Source of the DNA: a virus
Lineage: Duplodnaviria; Heunggongvirae; Uroviricota; Caudoviricetes
Direction: 5' to 3' (one strand)
DNA: 39,727 nucleotides
Virus record (IMG/VR): IMGVR_UViG_2778261268_000004
Positions 1-8,766 of this stretch are shown one piece after another. Below the pieces are notes generated by a model. It was given only the letters and a program-made list of their open reading frames with translations, had not been told where the DNA came from and ran no database searches. The translations under genes and the position numbers were made by a program. Numbering within the stretch: the stretch's first letter is position 1; each line of letters opens with the position of its first letter.

Positions 1-1257
1 GTGCTTACCGATACAAAATTAAAAAACCTCAAGCCGCAGGACAAACTGTACAAGGTCTCCGATCGTGACGGGCTGTATGTAGCTGTGCTTACGTCAGGCA
101 CGGTCTCGTTTCGCTATGACTACCGTATCAACGGTCGCCGCGAAACACTGGTAATCGGGCAGTATGGGCGTGACGGTATCAGCCTGGCAGAAGCGCGAGA
201 AGAACTGATTGCTGCAAAGAAGCTGCTTAAAGCAGGCCAGTCACCGGCTGCGGCTAAACGTGACGGTATCAAAAAGATTCGTGGTGCCGAGACGTTTGCG
301 GTACATACCGACAGTTATATGAAACACGTCATCCTGGCTGACAGTACCCGCGCAATGAAGCAGGCGGTGATCGACCGTGACATACTTCCAGTTCTTGGCA
401 ACAAAATGATGACTGAAATTACCACATCGATGGTTCGTGATTTGTGTGACCGGATTGTCGAACGCGGTGGTCGGGCAACAGCAGTACAGGCAAGGGAGAT
501 CATCAGCAGCGTATACCGTCACGCCAATGACCGTGGTCATGGTTTGTTTAATCCTGCGGCTGACATTAAACCTTCGTCTATCGCCATATTTAAACCACGA
601 GAGCGAACACTGACACCAGAAGAAATTGGCCTGTTCTTCCGCACGCTGGATGCCATTGGTGCTATGGGCACTATGAAAATGGCTTTAAAGCTGGTGCTTA
701 TCACTATGGTTCGTAAAGGCGAGTTCACCAATGCAACGTGGGATGAAATAGATTTTAAAAAATGGACATGGACAATTCCTTCAGACCGCATGAAGGGAAG
801 CCGGGCGCACGTTATTTACCTGCCTAAACAGGCACAGGATATATTGGTCGGGTTACAGATGTGCGCTGGTGGAAGTGAATATCTGGCTCCTGGTCGTTAC
901 AATTTCCGGAAGCCATTATCTAATGCCGCGCTGAACTCTCTGATCGACAGAACGGTGAAAATAATAAATGAAGATGGTGAGCATATTCAGGATTTCACCG
1001 TACACGATATGCGCCGTACAGCCAGTACGTTGTTGCATGAGGCTGGTTATCCTTCAGACTGGATTGAAAAGGCTCTGGCACATGAGCAGAAAGGTGTGCG
1101 CGCCGTATATAACAAAGCGGAATACGCAAGACAGCGCGCCTACATGTTGCAGCAGTGGGCCGATATGATTGATTCCTGGATTGACGGGGAGCATACGGAT
1201 CTGATTCCGTTCTCCCCGTCGAAGTTTGAGAAGTGGATGGAAGACAGTAATAAATAA
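1..1257 (+). CDS. int: Tyrosine integrase, P4/CP4-57 type (5' end cut by window edge)
   Basis: ORF runs from window edge; N-terminus LTDTKLKNLKP resembles P4-family integrases a few residues in; C-terminal catalytic region HDMRRTAST...VYNKAEY. Confidence 0.9.
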   Translation: MLTDTKLKNLKPQDKLYKVSDRDGLYVAVLTSGTVSFRYDYRINGRRETLVIGQYGRDGISLAEAREELIAAKKLLKAGQSPAAAKRDGIKKIRGAETFAVHTDSYMKHVILADSTRAMKQAVIDRDILPVLGNKMMTEITTSMVRDLCDRIVERGGRATAVQAREIISSVYRHANDRGHGLFNPAADIKPSSIAIFKPRERTLTPEEIGLFFRTLDAIGAMGTMKMALKLVLITMVRKGEFTNATWDEIDFKKWTWTIPSDRMKGSRAHVIYLPKQAQDILVGLQMCAGGSEYLAPGRYNFRKPLSNAALNSLIDRTVKIINEDGEHIQDFTVHDMRRTASTLLHEAGYPSDWIEKALAHEQKGVRAVYNKAEYARQRAYMLQQWADMIDSWIDGEHTDLIPFSPSKFEKWMEDSNK

Positions 1258-1259
1258 TT

Positions 1260-1919
1260 CTATCCTTCCTGGACTTTGGTAAGCGTCAGATTTCCGCAGA
1301 ACACTGCGCCGGTGTCGATGTACATCTGGTTTGCATACACCAGTGGGTGATGTGCTGGCGTATGACCGAAGATGAACAAATCGGCACCGGTTATCTCCGA
1401 GACAATACCGTCCTGCGCGTCGCTAACCCGCTCACGATTCCATATCACCATTTCTTCTGGTACTGGCTTATCGAATGCGTATTCGTTGTGCGGGTAGTCT
1501 GCGTGACAGATGACGACCTTCTTATTGCCGGTAACCAGTTCGATAATCATCGGGAGGTTGGTAATCTTTGGCAGAAGGTATTTGAGTTGCACATCCTGCT
1601 CAGAATCAAGTTGGTGCCACCATCCACCGCCGTTTGACATCCAATGTCCGAAACTTCCGCCGTTGACCAGTGCATCCAGCATCATCTGCTCATGGTTGCC
1701 ACGAACAGCTCGGAACCACGGCATAGTAATCAAATCCAGGCATTCGACGTTTTCAGCGCCGCGGTCAACAAGGTCACCAACGGAAATAAGTAAATCGCGC
1801 GCCGGGTCGAATGAAACTTTGTCGAGTTCGTTCATCAGCAGCGTGTAGCACCCATGCAGATCGCCGACGACGAAGATATTGCACCAGTCAGCGCCATTGA
1901 TGCGTTGATATAGGTTCAT
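1260..1919 (-). CDS. Ser/Thr protein phosphatase, lambda-PPase-like metallophosphoesterase
   Basis: Motifs GDLHG, GDLVDRG, GNHE in MNLYQRING... protein; start at internal ATG 1919 chosen because the track ORF start lies inside the upstream gene. Confidence 0.85.
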   Translation of the reverse strand: MNLYQRINGADWCNIFVVGDLHGCYTLLMNELDKVSFDPARDLLISVGDLVDRGAENVECLDLITMPWFRAVRGNHEQMMLDALVNGGSFGHWMSNGGGWWHQLDSEQDVQLKYLLPKITNLPMIIELVTGNKKVVICHADYPHNEYAFDKPVPEEMVIWNRERVSDAQDGIVSEITGADLFIFGHTPAHHPLVYANQMYIDTGAVFCGNLTLTKVQEG

Positions 1920-2566
1920 GCTGCACGCTCCCGCCCCTGGTTGTCTATTGGTGACACCGGAGCATTGCTGAATGCATTTGTTAATCCGCCAATATCCAAC
2001 GCGTATCCAGGGTGTAGTTGCACTGCCGGGTCTTCGCACTGATTACCCCAAACATCGAAGCCATGAGACGACTGGCGGGCGAACAGTTCAATGCGAGAAA
2101 CATCGCCTAACAATTGCACAAGTTTTTCACGAACGACATCTGGTTTTCTTGAATGCTCAAGCCGCGGTGCGGTAAATGACTGAACGATCCCTGCATTAAT
2201 GCGCGTAGGTAGTTTTCCCTTAACTGCAAACAGGCAATCTTCACTATTGGCGCGAGTCATGTGCCCCATACCCATAACCAGTTTATCTGGTTGTCGACTA
2301 CCACATTTTATCCACGTGAAGCCCTTCATGGTCATCAGACGGAATCCCCAGGCTTCAACAACTTTTAGTGCTTCGAGTGGTTGTGTTGGCACCCACCACA
2401 TGGCCAACAGACAGTTTTCACCGGCCAAATCCCACACAGGAAGGCGGCAGATATCCAGCACACTCATAACAGGATATTTAAAGCCGGCACCGCGATTACC
2501 ATCTGCGGCTTTGTCCCGGTATACCCAGGGTGGATCTGCATAGATTAGTGTGTATTTCTTAGTCAT
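1916..2566 (-). CDS. MT-A70 family N6-adenine DNA methyltransferase (orphan)
   Basis: DPPW catalytic motif ([14 protein letters not shown]); stop overlaps phosphatase start by 4 nt; no restriction partner nearby. Confidence 0.8.
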   Translation of the reverse strand: MTKKYTLIYADPPWVYRDKAADGNRGAGFKYPVMSVLDICRLPVWDLAGENCLLAMWWVPTQPLEALKVVEAWGFRLMTMKGFTWIKCGSRQPDKLVMGMGHMTRANSEDCLFAVKGKLPTRINAGIVQSFTAPRLEHSRKPDVVREKLVQLLGDVSRIELFARQSSHGFDVWGNQCEDPAVQLHPGYALDIGGLTNAFSNAPVSPIDNQGRERAA

Positions 2567-2810
2567 AAACCACCCCACAACATCCTATGCCGCTATAGTC
2601 GCCACGGCGAAGGCCGTTACCTTTTGTGATACATTGGTCCCTGCGAACCGCGATCCTTGCACGCTCAACATCACCAGAAGCAACATCCATACACTGAAGC
2701 CAAAGGTGGGCGGCAATGCGGAACTGCCCTTTTTTCTCTCTTTCAATCGCGCGTTTTTCGATCTCTATCGCCGCAGGAGTAACGGCAACAACCTTTGAAT
2801 GGCTGCGCAT
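2559..2810 (-). CDS. Hypothetical small protein (start uncertain)
   Basis: Open frame in operon context between AlpA-like gene and methyltransferase; weak AAGG before ATG 2810; no recognisable motif. Confidence 0.3.
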   Translation of the reverse strand: MRSHSKVVAVTPAAIEIEKRAIEREKKGQFRIAAHLWLQCMDVASGDVERARIAVRRDQCITKGNGLRRGDYSGIGCCGVVYD

Positions 2811-2967
2811 TGAAACCTTGTTCATGTGATATTTTTCAAGTCGGCTTAACTTTCTCACTTAATCCAACCCTCTCTGAAAATTAATGCCAGCAGATAAAGC
2901 CATGCTGAAACAGAGGCCAGGAATAAGTACCATCCTGACCATTTGCTCCAGTGCCTTAGCAGCGCAC

Positions 2968-3216
2968 TCATGCAGCGTTGCTCACAGGACGATATACACG
3001 TTGCTGAACAGGAGGCTTTTTACCCTGGAACTCTGCCGGGCTTGCTGCCTGACGTTCATCAAGCCAACGCTCAACTTCATCACGGTTCCATGCGCAGCGT
3101 TTATCGGTGATATACCAGCGTTTAGGAAATTCCCCTGCGCGCTCCATACGGTCGATAGTGCTCCATGACAGTGGCACCACCGCCAGGAGTTCCTTCTTAC
3201 CTAATGCACCTTTCAT
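2968..3216 (-). CDS. AlpA-family DNA-binding protein (probable excisionase/regulator)
   Basis: LSWSTIDRMERAGEFPKRWYITDKRCAWNRDEVERWL matches the AlpA/Vis-type HTH pattern; GAGAGG RBS. Confidence 0.7.
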   Translation of the reverse strand: MKGALGKKELLAVVPLSWSTIDRMERAGEFPKRWYITDKRCAWNRDEVERWLDERQAASPAEFQGKKPPVQQRVYRPVSNAA

Positions 3217-3265
3217 AAATACCTCTCTTGGTTGCAGTGCGGCGCGCGTGGCGCCGCGGTGGTGG

Positions 3266-4147
3266 TTACATAGATGTTTCGTTTAATTCTTCCCGACGAA
3301 CGCTGTAAACGTCGGTGGCTTTTGCCAGCAGTTCGTCATCATCTGAAAGTTTTTGTGCAATGTATTTGTAAGCCTTATCCAGTTCGGAGACAGTGATGTA
3401 ATTCATCGCTGCGCTGGTAAAGGCCATCAGCATTTCTTCTGGATCACGGCTATCCGCTTTACGCGTTTGCTCATCAGGCTTTTTCGCTGGTTTAGCGTTG
3501 ATCAGACTGTTCATTCCCGCAGCAGTGGTCGTTTGCGGAGTAATGTCTCGCTCAACGCGCGGTGCCGTTTCCTGTAATTCGTCAGGGGTGTAAACACCGA
3601 GAAGTACATCAGGAGCGTGCAGGCGAGCCCATCGTTTCGTGCAAAGATAGGCAAGCTGCTGGCGCGGATCCTGTTCCCACAATGGAGAGTTACGCACTCC
3701 GGCTTGCGCCATACTGATGGTAAGCTCACGGGGTTCTGCTTCTCCTTTAAGAACTGCTGACACAGTTACCGTCAGATTCGGTGATTTATCTGTTTTGCCG
3801 TTAACATTCGACCAGTCACCGCTCCAGCGATAATTCAGGCGTGTCGCTAGCAGGCTGGAAGAGGATACGACCGCGTTTACCAACTGTGCTTCGTAGCCTA
3901 ACGTTCCGTTTACCACATGCGTTTTCTGCGCCACGGCGAAAGGATTCATTCCCCACTGTGCCGCCTGCATGGTCACCGCCAGACAATCGGCAGGTTCGCC
4001 TTTAAGATGTTTCGGTACAGTCGCTTTGCTTTGTGACATCAACTCCGCGAAACGCACCAGTTGATTCATGCCCTCCGGGCTGAAGATTGCCGCAGCAGTA
4101 CCTACAGTTGCGCCTGGTTGTGATGTGATTGCGATATCATTGCTCAT
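3266..4147 (-). CDS. Single-strand annealing protein, Red-beta/Bet-like
   Basis: C-terminal LCTKRWARLHAPDVLLGVYTPDE...ERDITP resembles lambda Bet; paired with an upstream exonuclease. Confidence 0.8.
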   Translation of the reverse strand: MSNDIAITSQPGATVGTAAAIFSPEGMNQLVRFAELMSQSKATVPKHLKGEPADCLAVTMQAAQWGMNPFAVAQKTHVVNGTLGYEAQLVNAVVSSSSLLATRLNYRWSGDWSNVNGKTDKSPNLTVTVSAVLKGEAEPRELTISMAQAGVRNSPLWEQDPRQQLAYLCTKRWARLHAPDVLLGVYTPDELQETAPRVERDITPQTTTAAGMNSLINAKPAKKPDEQTRKADSRDPEEMLMAFTSAAMNYITVSELDKAYKYIAQKLSDDDELLAKATDVYSVRREELNETSM

Positions 4148-4965
4148 ACGTACATATCCTGTTTACGTGCCCAGTCAGGGCGTTTAATAATTTCCACTCC
4201 GCCCCACTCATCGTTGATGCGGCATTCGTGATAGGTATTCAGATCCCGGTGGAACAGAGCGTGCCCGGCATCGACATCCGGCGCATCCAGCTCGAACACG
4301 CGTACCGGATACCGACCACAATCAATGCTTTCGCTCACGGCAAGAAAGAAAAAACCATGCGGCTGACCAGTAACCCTCATTGCGCCTTCGCGGTACATTG
4401 CGTCCTGCACGTGGTAGCGGAATTCCTCGATGTGGCGTGCAAAACGGTCCATATCTGCAACCTTTTTCACGTCGACGATCACGTTGTGCTCGTTCAGCCA
4501 TTTGTCTGGACGAATTCGGCACAACTCACCCGTATCTTCATCGTTCCAGTACATTGATGCTTCGCAGTAACCAGGTGCTTCCAACATCCAGCGTGCCGCC
4601 GGGTGAGCCATTGCGCTAGCACGCATCAGCTCCAGTTTTCGCCACTGCTCTGCATCAAGTACCGAAATCCCCATATCCGCTACATCACGAATAAATGCCT
4701 CTTCGTCAGCTTTACCTTGTTTTGTCCGACGATCGAATTTCGGTGAAACGATGAAGCGTTTGTCAAACTCTCCAGGTTCCAGAAGCAGACAGTGCAGAGC
4801 AGTACCCATGTCCAGTGCAGACTTCTTCTCTTCGTCTTCCGGAGCAGCCTTCACCCATTTCAGAAGGGCAGGGTTCTTAGCCACCATATCTAGCTGCGAC
4901 TTACTCACGCCGTCACCGGCGTGGTAGTCCTCGTTGCTGATATCGAAATAAATTCCCGGATTCAT
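4144..4965 (-). CDS. PD-(D/E)XK 5'-3' exonuclease (RecE/exonuclease VIII-like)
   Basis: N-terminal GIYFDISNEDYH and D...E.K (DVKKV) nuclease signature; translationally coupled to the Bet-like gene. Confidence 0.75.
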   Translation of the reverse strand: MNPGIYFDISNEDYHAGDGVSKSQLDMVAKNPALLKWVKAAPEDEEKKSALDMGTALHCLLLEPGEFDKRFIVSPKFDRRTKQGKADEEAFIRDVADMGISVLDAEQWRKLELMRASAMAHPAARWMLEAPGYCEASMYWNDEDTGELCRIRPDKWLNEHNVIVDVKKVADMDRFARHIEEFRYHVQDAMYREGAMRVTGQPHGFFFLAVSESIDCGRYPVRVFELDAPDVDAGHALFHRDLNTYHECRINDEWGGVEIIKRPDWARKQDMYV

Positions 4966-5261
4966 GCCGCGTCCCTCTGCCCATCAATCTGATCAGCCAG
5001 ATCCCAGCGGGCGATAATTGCCATTGCCTCGCGCCGGTAGGCATCCATTAGTTCTTCGAACTCAGGGCTGTCTTTAGCGGCCTCTAGTACTTCCTGGCGA
5101 ACGCCTTTAACTGTTACAACGTCGAAAGTTGATGCCAGTTGATGAAGCCGGATACTCTCAATCAGTTCAACTTGTCGGTCATATAGCTGTTCTGACAGGC
5201 GGTAGTCCTTGTCGAATGCCAGCATGATTTTTTGAAGATTTTTCTGCTGATTAACGTTCAT
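4962..5261 (-). CDS. Hypothetical phage protein
   Basis: ATG 5261 preceded by GAGGTGG; overlaps neighbours in operon fashion. Confidence 0.5.
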   Translation of the reverse strand: MNVNQQKNLQKIMLAFDKDYRLSEQLYDRQVELIESIRLHQLASTFDVVTVKGVRQEVLEAAKDSPEFEELMDAYRREAMAIIARWDLADQIDGQRDAA

Positions 5262-5268
5262 ACCCACC

Positions 5269-6303
5269 TCAATATTTGATATACGCGTCCTGCACTTTGC
5301 CGCCAGCGATAGCCAACATTGCTTTCTGCGCGAATTCTTCGGGAATGCCTTGGGCTATCAGATCTGCGATTACTCTGCGGTTAACGGTACGGCGATGCTC
5401 TTTATCTGCAGCTCGGCGCGCTTCTTCGTCGGCGATACGCTTCTGTTCGTCAAGGCGGGCTTTTTCTGCCGCCTCTTGGCGTCGGCGTTCCTCGGCAACG
5501 GCTTCTTCTTTTTCGCGTCGTGCACGCTGCTCTGCTTCAATTCGCTGACGTTCTGCTACTTCAGCACGTGCTTTTTCTTCCACCGCCAGGCGTGCCGCAG
5601 CCTCAATTTCAGCTTTCGCTTTTTGTTCAGCTTCGAGCCTGGCCTGTTCAGCAGCTTCCCGGCGGATATTCTCTTCTCGCTCAATGCGCGCTTTTTCCTC
5701 CGCTTCTTTGCGAAGTCGCTCCAGCTCAGCGGCTTCATGCTCGCGTTTTTGAGCTACTGCGAGTGATTCTTCCAGTTTCTGGATGGTTGAATCCTTGGCT
5801 ACTCCAGCTTCTGCTGCGTACTCCTGCCAACTTTCATCAAGTGCTACTGATTTAGCCTCTTGAATTCGTTCCTGAATATCAGATGATGGCAAGTAGTTTC
5901 CGGAGAGATCGATCACGTCAGCTAGTGCTCGCAAATTTGTCAGGCGTTGTTGCAGTGCTTCAGTGCGTAATTTCTCAGCATTTTCCCACTCGGTGAGTGG
6001 GCGGCGTACTTCATCACGAAGCCGATCGCATTCGGTTACGAAGCGTCGTAACTCTGCTTCAACTACTTTCGGCTGTTCTTTCAGGCGTTTCAGATAATCA
6101 CGTCCTGGTTTTTCTACCGCTGTTTTACTTCTTGAAACCTTCGCAGCCAGAGATGCAATGCGCTTTCTGCCTTTGTCTGTGCTAATGTCAGGCACTTCAT
6201 TAACACCTTCACGGATCTGCTCGAGAAACTTTTCCAGCCCTTTTTCAACGTAAATTCTTGGTGCCATGTCTGGTGTGATTTCGATGATTGATAATTCACT
6301 CAT
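5269..6303 (-). CDS. Hypothetical protein with Ala/Glu/Arg-rich coiled-coil repeat region
   Basis: 344-aa ORF with GGAGTAGG RBS; central EAAEQARLEAEQKAKAE-type low-complexity tract. Confidence 0.6.
   Translation of the reverse strand: MSELSIIEITPDMAPRIYVEKGLEKFLEQIREGVNEVPDISTDKGRKRIASLAAKVSRSKTAVEKPGRDYLKRLKEQPKVVEAELRRFVTECDRLRDEVRRPLTEWENAEKLRTEALQQRLTNLRALADVIDLSGNYLPSSDIQERIQEAKSVALDESWQEYAAEAGVAKDSTIQKLEESLAVAQKREHEAAELERLRKEAEEKARIEREENIRREAAEQARLEAEQKAKAEIEAAARLAVEEKARAEVAERQRIEAEQRARREKEEAVAEERRRQEAAEKARLDEQKRIADEEARRAADKEHRRTVNRRVIADLIAQGIPEEFAQKAMLAIAGGKVQDAYIKY
5400..5800 (-). repeat. Low-complexity coding repeat (Ala/Glu/Arg/Lys heptad-like tract)
   Basis: Compositionally biased GC-rich tract within the 5269-6303 gene; produces spurious antisense ORFs. 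Confidence 0.6.
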
Positions 6304-6311
6304 TTGCTAAC

Positions 6312-6461
6312 CTACTCCCATATCTCGTTATCGTTTGCCACATCGCGAGCTTCTTTGCTGACGAAAGCCCACTTAATGCCTTCCTGTAAGGTGCGGAACT
6401 TCCAGCTCATGAATCCGCATGCAGTAACGCAGTACCAACCGTTGATGATTTTCCACTGCAT
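6312..6461 (-). CDS. Small hypothetical protein (49 aa, Trp/Cys-rich), first gene of leftward early operon
   Basis: Not in ORF track (<60 aa); ATG 6461 preceded by GAGGTAA SD; stop 8 nt before the next gene start; downstream of a TTGACA promoter. Confidence 0.35.
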   Translation of the reverse strand: MQWKIINGWYCVTACGFMSWKFRTLQEGIKWAFVSKEARDVANDNEIWE

Positions 6462-6480
6462 AATTTGTTACCTCGGTCTG

Positions 6481-6495
6481 TTACCGTTGAGGTAA
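6481..6495. promoter_or_regulatory. Operator-like palindrome TTACC-gttga-GGTAA (OL-like, site 1)
   Basis: Perfect 5-bp inverted half-sites; between leftward promoter and first leftward gene. Confidence 0.6.
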
Positions 6496-6523
6496 TGATT
6501 ATGCGTATCTGGTTTGATGTCAA
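6494..6523 (-). promoter_or_regulatory. Candidate leftward early promoter (PL-like)
   Basis: TTGACA (revcomp at 6518-6523) with CATAAT/ATAATC-like -10 about 14-16 bp downstream; flanked by the two operators. Confidence 0.45.
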
Positions 6524-6542
6524 TAGATATGAGTTAAAAAAA

Positions 6543-6557
6543 TTACCCATAAGGTAA
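6543..6557. promoter_or_regulatory. Operator-like palindrome TTACC-cataa-GGTAA (OL-like, site 2)
   Basis: Perfect half-sites, just upstream of the leftward promoter. Confidence 0.6.
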
Positions 6558-6570
6558 TCCTGCTGGCAAT

Positions 6571-6593
6571 AAAAAAGCCGCCATGAGGCGGCT
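6571..6593 (-). terminator. Rho-independent terminator after the repressor gene
   Basis: Stem AGCCGCC/GGCGGCT with T-run on the minus strand. Confidence 0.7.
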
Positions 6594-6614
6594 TACTTAC
6601 TGAAAAATATGATT

Positions 6615-7199
6615 TTATTGTTTGTTTTTTTCGTTCTGGCTGATGACAAATTCAATGTAACTTTCGATCTTTGCCTTCTCTGTTTCGGGTAACAATGCGT
6701 AGCGCGAGCGGTCATAGTTGATAGTCGCAGGGTCGTGCGGGTGAATCAGTAATTCATAGCCGTGACGCCCGAATGCGGATGCAACATTCTCCAGGGTGGA
6801 AATGGAAACGCTGACCTCATTGTTTAACAGGCGGCTGATTGTCACCTGGGCGACGCCGGATGCGCGGTGAAGTTTTCCCTGTGTTGAAAGGTCGCGGCTT
6901 TCGCTCATCCAGCGTTCCAGGTTGTGAGCCGCCAGCTGACCAATGTCGCTTGGGCCGACAGGCTGAAAACCTTCCTGAGAAAGCGAGCGATCGATATCAA
7001 GCCAGTTACGGGGTTTATTGGCGGCAGCTTCAATTTTTCGCGCAACCTGGTCGCCGATAACCTTCTTGCCAAGAGCCCAGCGGTTTACCAGATTTGCCTG
7101 AGTTCCAAGTTTTTCTGCCATCCGCGTCTGAACACCATTGAATTCACGGTCGATCAAGTCGTTGAGATTTTGCCTGCGGACGTCCTGGATACTTTTCAT
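6615..7199 (-). CDS. CI-like prophage repressor with two HTH (XRE-type) domains, no S24 peptidase domain
   Basis: Two HTH-like segments (QTRMAEKLGTQANLVNRW and GVAQVTISRLLNNEVSVS); divergent from a Cro-like gene; flanked by palindromic operators; terminator downstream. Confidence 0.7.
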   Translation of the reverse strand: MKSIQDVRRQNLNDLIDREFNGVQTRMAEKLGTQANLVNRWALGKKVIGDQVARKIEAAANKPRNWLDIDRSLSQEGFQPVGPSDIGQLAAHNLERWMSESRDLSTQGKLHRASGVAQVTISRLLNNEVSVSISTLENVASAFGRHGYELLIHPHDPATINYDRSRYALLPETEKAKIESYIEFVISQNEKNKQ

Positions 7200-7254
7200 T
7201 TTCTGGAAAATCGCCTCATATATGAATCAGTAGATGATTCAATTTAAAGCAATA

Positions 7255-7269
7255 TTACCCAACAGGTAA
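7255..7269. promoter_or_regulatory. Operator-like palindrome TTACC-caaca-GGTAA (OR-like)
   Basis: In the 154-bp divergent region between repressor and Cro-like genes. Confidence 0.6.
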
Positions 7270-7302
7270 ATGCACCCCATAGGTAACTATCCTTGATTTT
7301 TG

Positions 7303-7317
7303 TTACCTTATGGGTGA
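7303..7317. promoter_or_regulatory. Operator-like imperfect palindrome TTACC-ttatg-GGTGA (OR-like)
   Basis: Same divergent region; an isolated GGTAA half-site lies at 7282-7286. Confidence 0.5.
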
Positions 7318-7353
7318 ATATTTATTATCTGAAATAAATATCAGGCAATAGCT

Positions 7354-7584
7354 ATGAGCGATAACGGACATTTCGATTTCAAAAAGCACTGGCTTGCACT
7401 TACTCCGGATGAGCGTGAAGCCTTCGCACAGGAAGCCGGAACGACGAGTCACTATATCCAGACTCACTTAACAGGTAAGCGCAAAATGCCAGGTAAGGTA
7501 TTGATGAATGGGCTTTTTAAAGCCTGTAAAACAAGACAATGGCTGCGCTCAAAAGCAGAACTGGCATACTTCTTCTACTCATGA
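7354..7584 (+). CDS. Cro/YdaS-like small DNA-binding regulator
   Basis: 76-aa protein divergent from the repressor; HTH-like QEAGTTSHYIQTHLTGKRKM; terminator follows. Confidence 0.7.
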   Translation: MSDNGHFDFKKHWLALTPDEREAFAQEAGTTSHYIQTHLTGKRKMPGKVLMNGLFKACKTRQWLRSKAELAYFFYS

Positions 7585-7606
7585 TATCCAGCCACAACCC
7601 TCTGTA

Positions 7607-7628
7607 GACCGCCATCCGGCGGTCTTTT
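7607..7628 (+). terminator. Rho-independent terminator after the Cro-like gene
   Basis: GACCGCC-atcc-GGCGGTC followed by TTTT. Confidence 0.7.
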
Positions 7629-7734
7629 CATATCTATTCGCACCTCAAAGGTAATAAAAAACCAAATGTGGTTGATCTTTTTTTTGTGTCAGCACAAAAT
7701 GACCGTAATCCCAATACTAATAACAGGGCTTACC

Positions 7735-7935
7735 ATGGAAATCATTACACGTATTGATGCCGCAAAGCGCGGACTTAAACGCTATTACACCGGAAAACAA
7801 TGTAAGCACGGACATGACAGTGAACGCTGGGTTTACAACGGACACTGTGTTGAGTGCACCATGGAATCAAACCGTCGCATCAGGGCAGAGATTAAGCAGA
7901 TCATGATTAATTCCTCCCCACAACACTCAAGCTGA
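7735..7935 (+). CDS. Hypothetical small zinc-finger-like protein (start uncertain)
   Basis: CKHGH...CVEC pattern; track start ATG 7666 is part of the ATGTGGTT motif and lacks an RBS, so an internal ATG is preferred. Confidence 0.4.
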   Translation: MEIITRIDAAKRGLKRYYTGKQCKHGHDSERWVYNGHCVECTMESNRRIRAEIKQIMINSSPQHSS

Positions 7936-7950
7936 TAGCGGAGATTAATC

Positions 7951-8766
7951 ATGAGCAGACATGCAACAGATTGGGCCTGGGAGACAGATCCAGGCAGCTC
8001 ATCATTAAAGCTCATACTGCTCTCGATGGCTGACAGAGCCGATGAATATAACCTCTGCTACCCCAGCATAGAACGCCTAGTTAAAGACACTTGCCTGAAT
8101 AAAAAAACCGTGCAGGCCGGACTTATATCGCTCATGAAAATGGGGCTTATTTCAGATACCGGAGAGAGAAAGGGAGCGACGAAAAGAGTGCGGGTTTTCT
8201 CTCTTAATATAACCAAAAACGGGAACATTAAAGGCAACCGGGAAGGGGGTAATGAACCCAAAAACGGTAATGTTACCGAAAACGGGAATATACCCAAAAA
8301 CGGGATGTTGAATGATCCCAAAAACGGGATGTTGAATGATCCCAAAAACGGGATCCAGAACCAGTCATATAACCAGTCATTTAACCAAGAGAGGGAGAGC
8401 AGGACAAAAACCGGGGATTCTGTGCCTCATGACCCCGGCGCAAACAACGCTGTGATGAATAACTTTGTTCCTCCAGGTGGGCCAGGGCAATTAGGCAAAT
8501 TTGTCATGCATGAACAATGGCAGCCATCAGATGACTTTCTTCGGAAAAGCTCATTGCAGGGGATCTACCTGGACAGTCTGCCAACGGCACAGGAACTTGC
8601 AGAGTTCAGAATTTACTGGATGGCTGAGGGTAAGGCATACCATCAGGCACAGTGGGAGCAGAAGCTGGCAAGGCGGCTGCAGATTAGCAGACAGAAGCAA
8701 TCAACATTACCTGATAACAACGTTCCGCACTGGAACAGCCCTGAAGCGTGGGAGGATTTCTTGTGA
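7951..8766 (+). CDS. Replication initiator (O-like; N-terminal HTH, DnaT-like C-terminus) containing iterons
   Basis: N-terminal DWAWETDPGSSSLKLILLSMADRADEYNLCYPSIERL HTH pattern; internal direct repeats; followed by a P-like gene. Confidence 0.75.
   Translation: MSRHATDWAWETDPGSSSLKLILLSMADRADEYNLCYPSIERLVKDTCLNKKTVQAGLISLMKMGLISDTGERKGATKRVRVFSLNITKNGNIKGNREGGNEPKNGNVTENGNIPKNGMLNDPKNGMLNDPKNGIQNQSYNQSFNQERESRTKTGDSVPHDPGANNAVMNNFVPPGGPGQLGKFVMHEQWQPSDDFLRKSSLQGIYLDSLPTAQELAEFRIYWMAEGKAYHQAQWEQKLARRLQISRQKQSTLPDNNVPHWNSPEAWEDFL
8213..8382 (+). repeat. Iteron-like direct repeats inside the replication-initiator gene (candidate origin)
   Basis: CCAAAAACGG(G/T)A at 8213, 8258, 8294, 8318, 8342 including two exact 24-bp tandem units (8293-8316, 8317-8340); AACCAGTCAT x2 at 8361-8382. 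Confidence 0.6.

Noticed and set aside
5276-5855. Plus-strand ORFs 5276-5548, 5350-5766 and 5520-5855 (and minus 5556-5738)
   Set aside because: They lie antisense to or out of frame within the coiled-coil gene; Phe/Leu/Ser- or Arg-rich translations are typical artefacts of a compositional repeat; no RBS.
6304-6495. Plus-strand 63-aa ORF
   Set aside because: Opposite to local operon direction and lacking an RBS; the minus-strand 49-aa ORF 6312-6461 has a GAGGTAA SD and fits the promoter, so it is preferred.
7666-7734. ATG at 7666 as start of the 7666-7935 ORF
   Set aside because: That ATG is part of the recurring ATGTGGTT regulatory motif, has no RBS and gives a hydrophobic junk N-terminus; the internal ATG 7735 is preferred, with low confidence.
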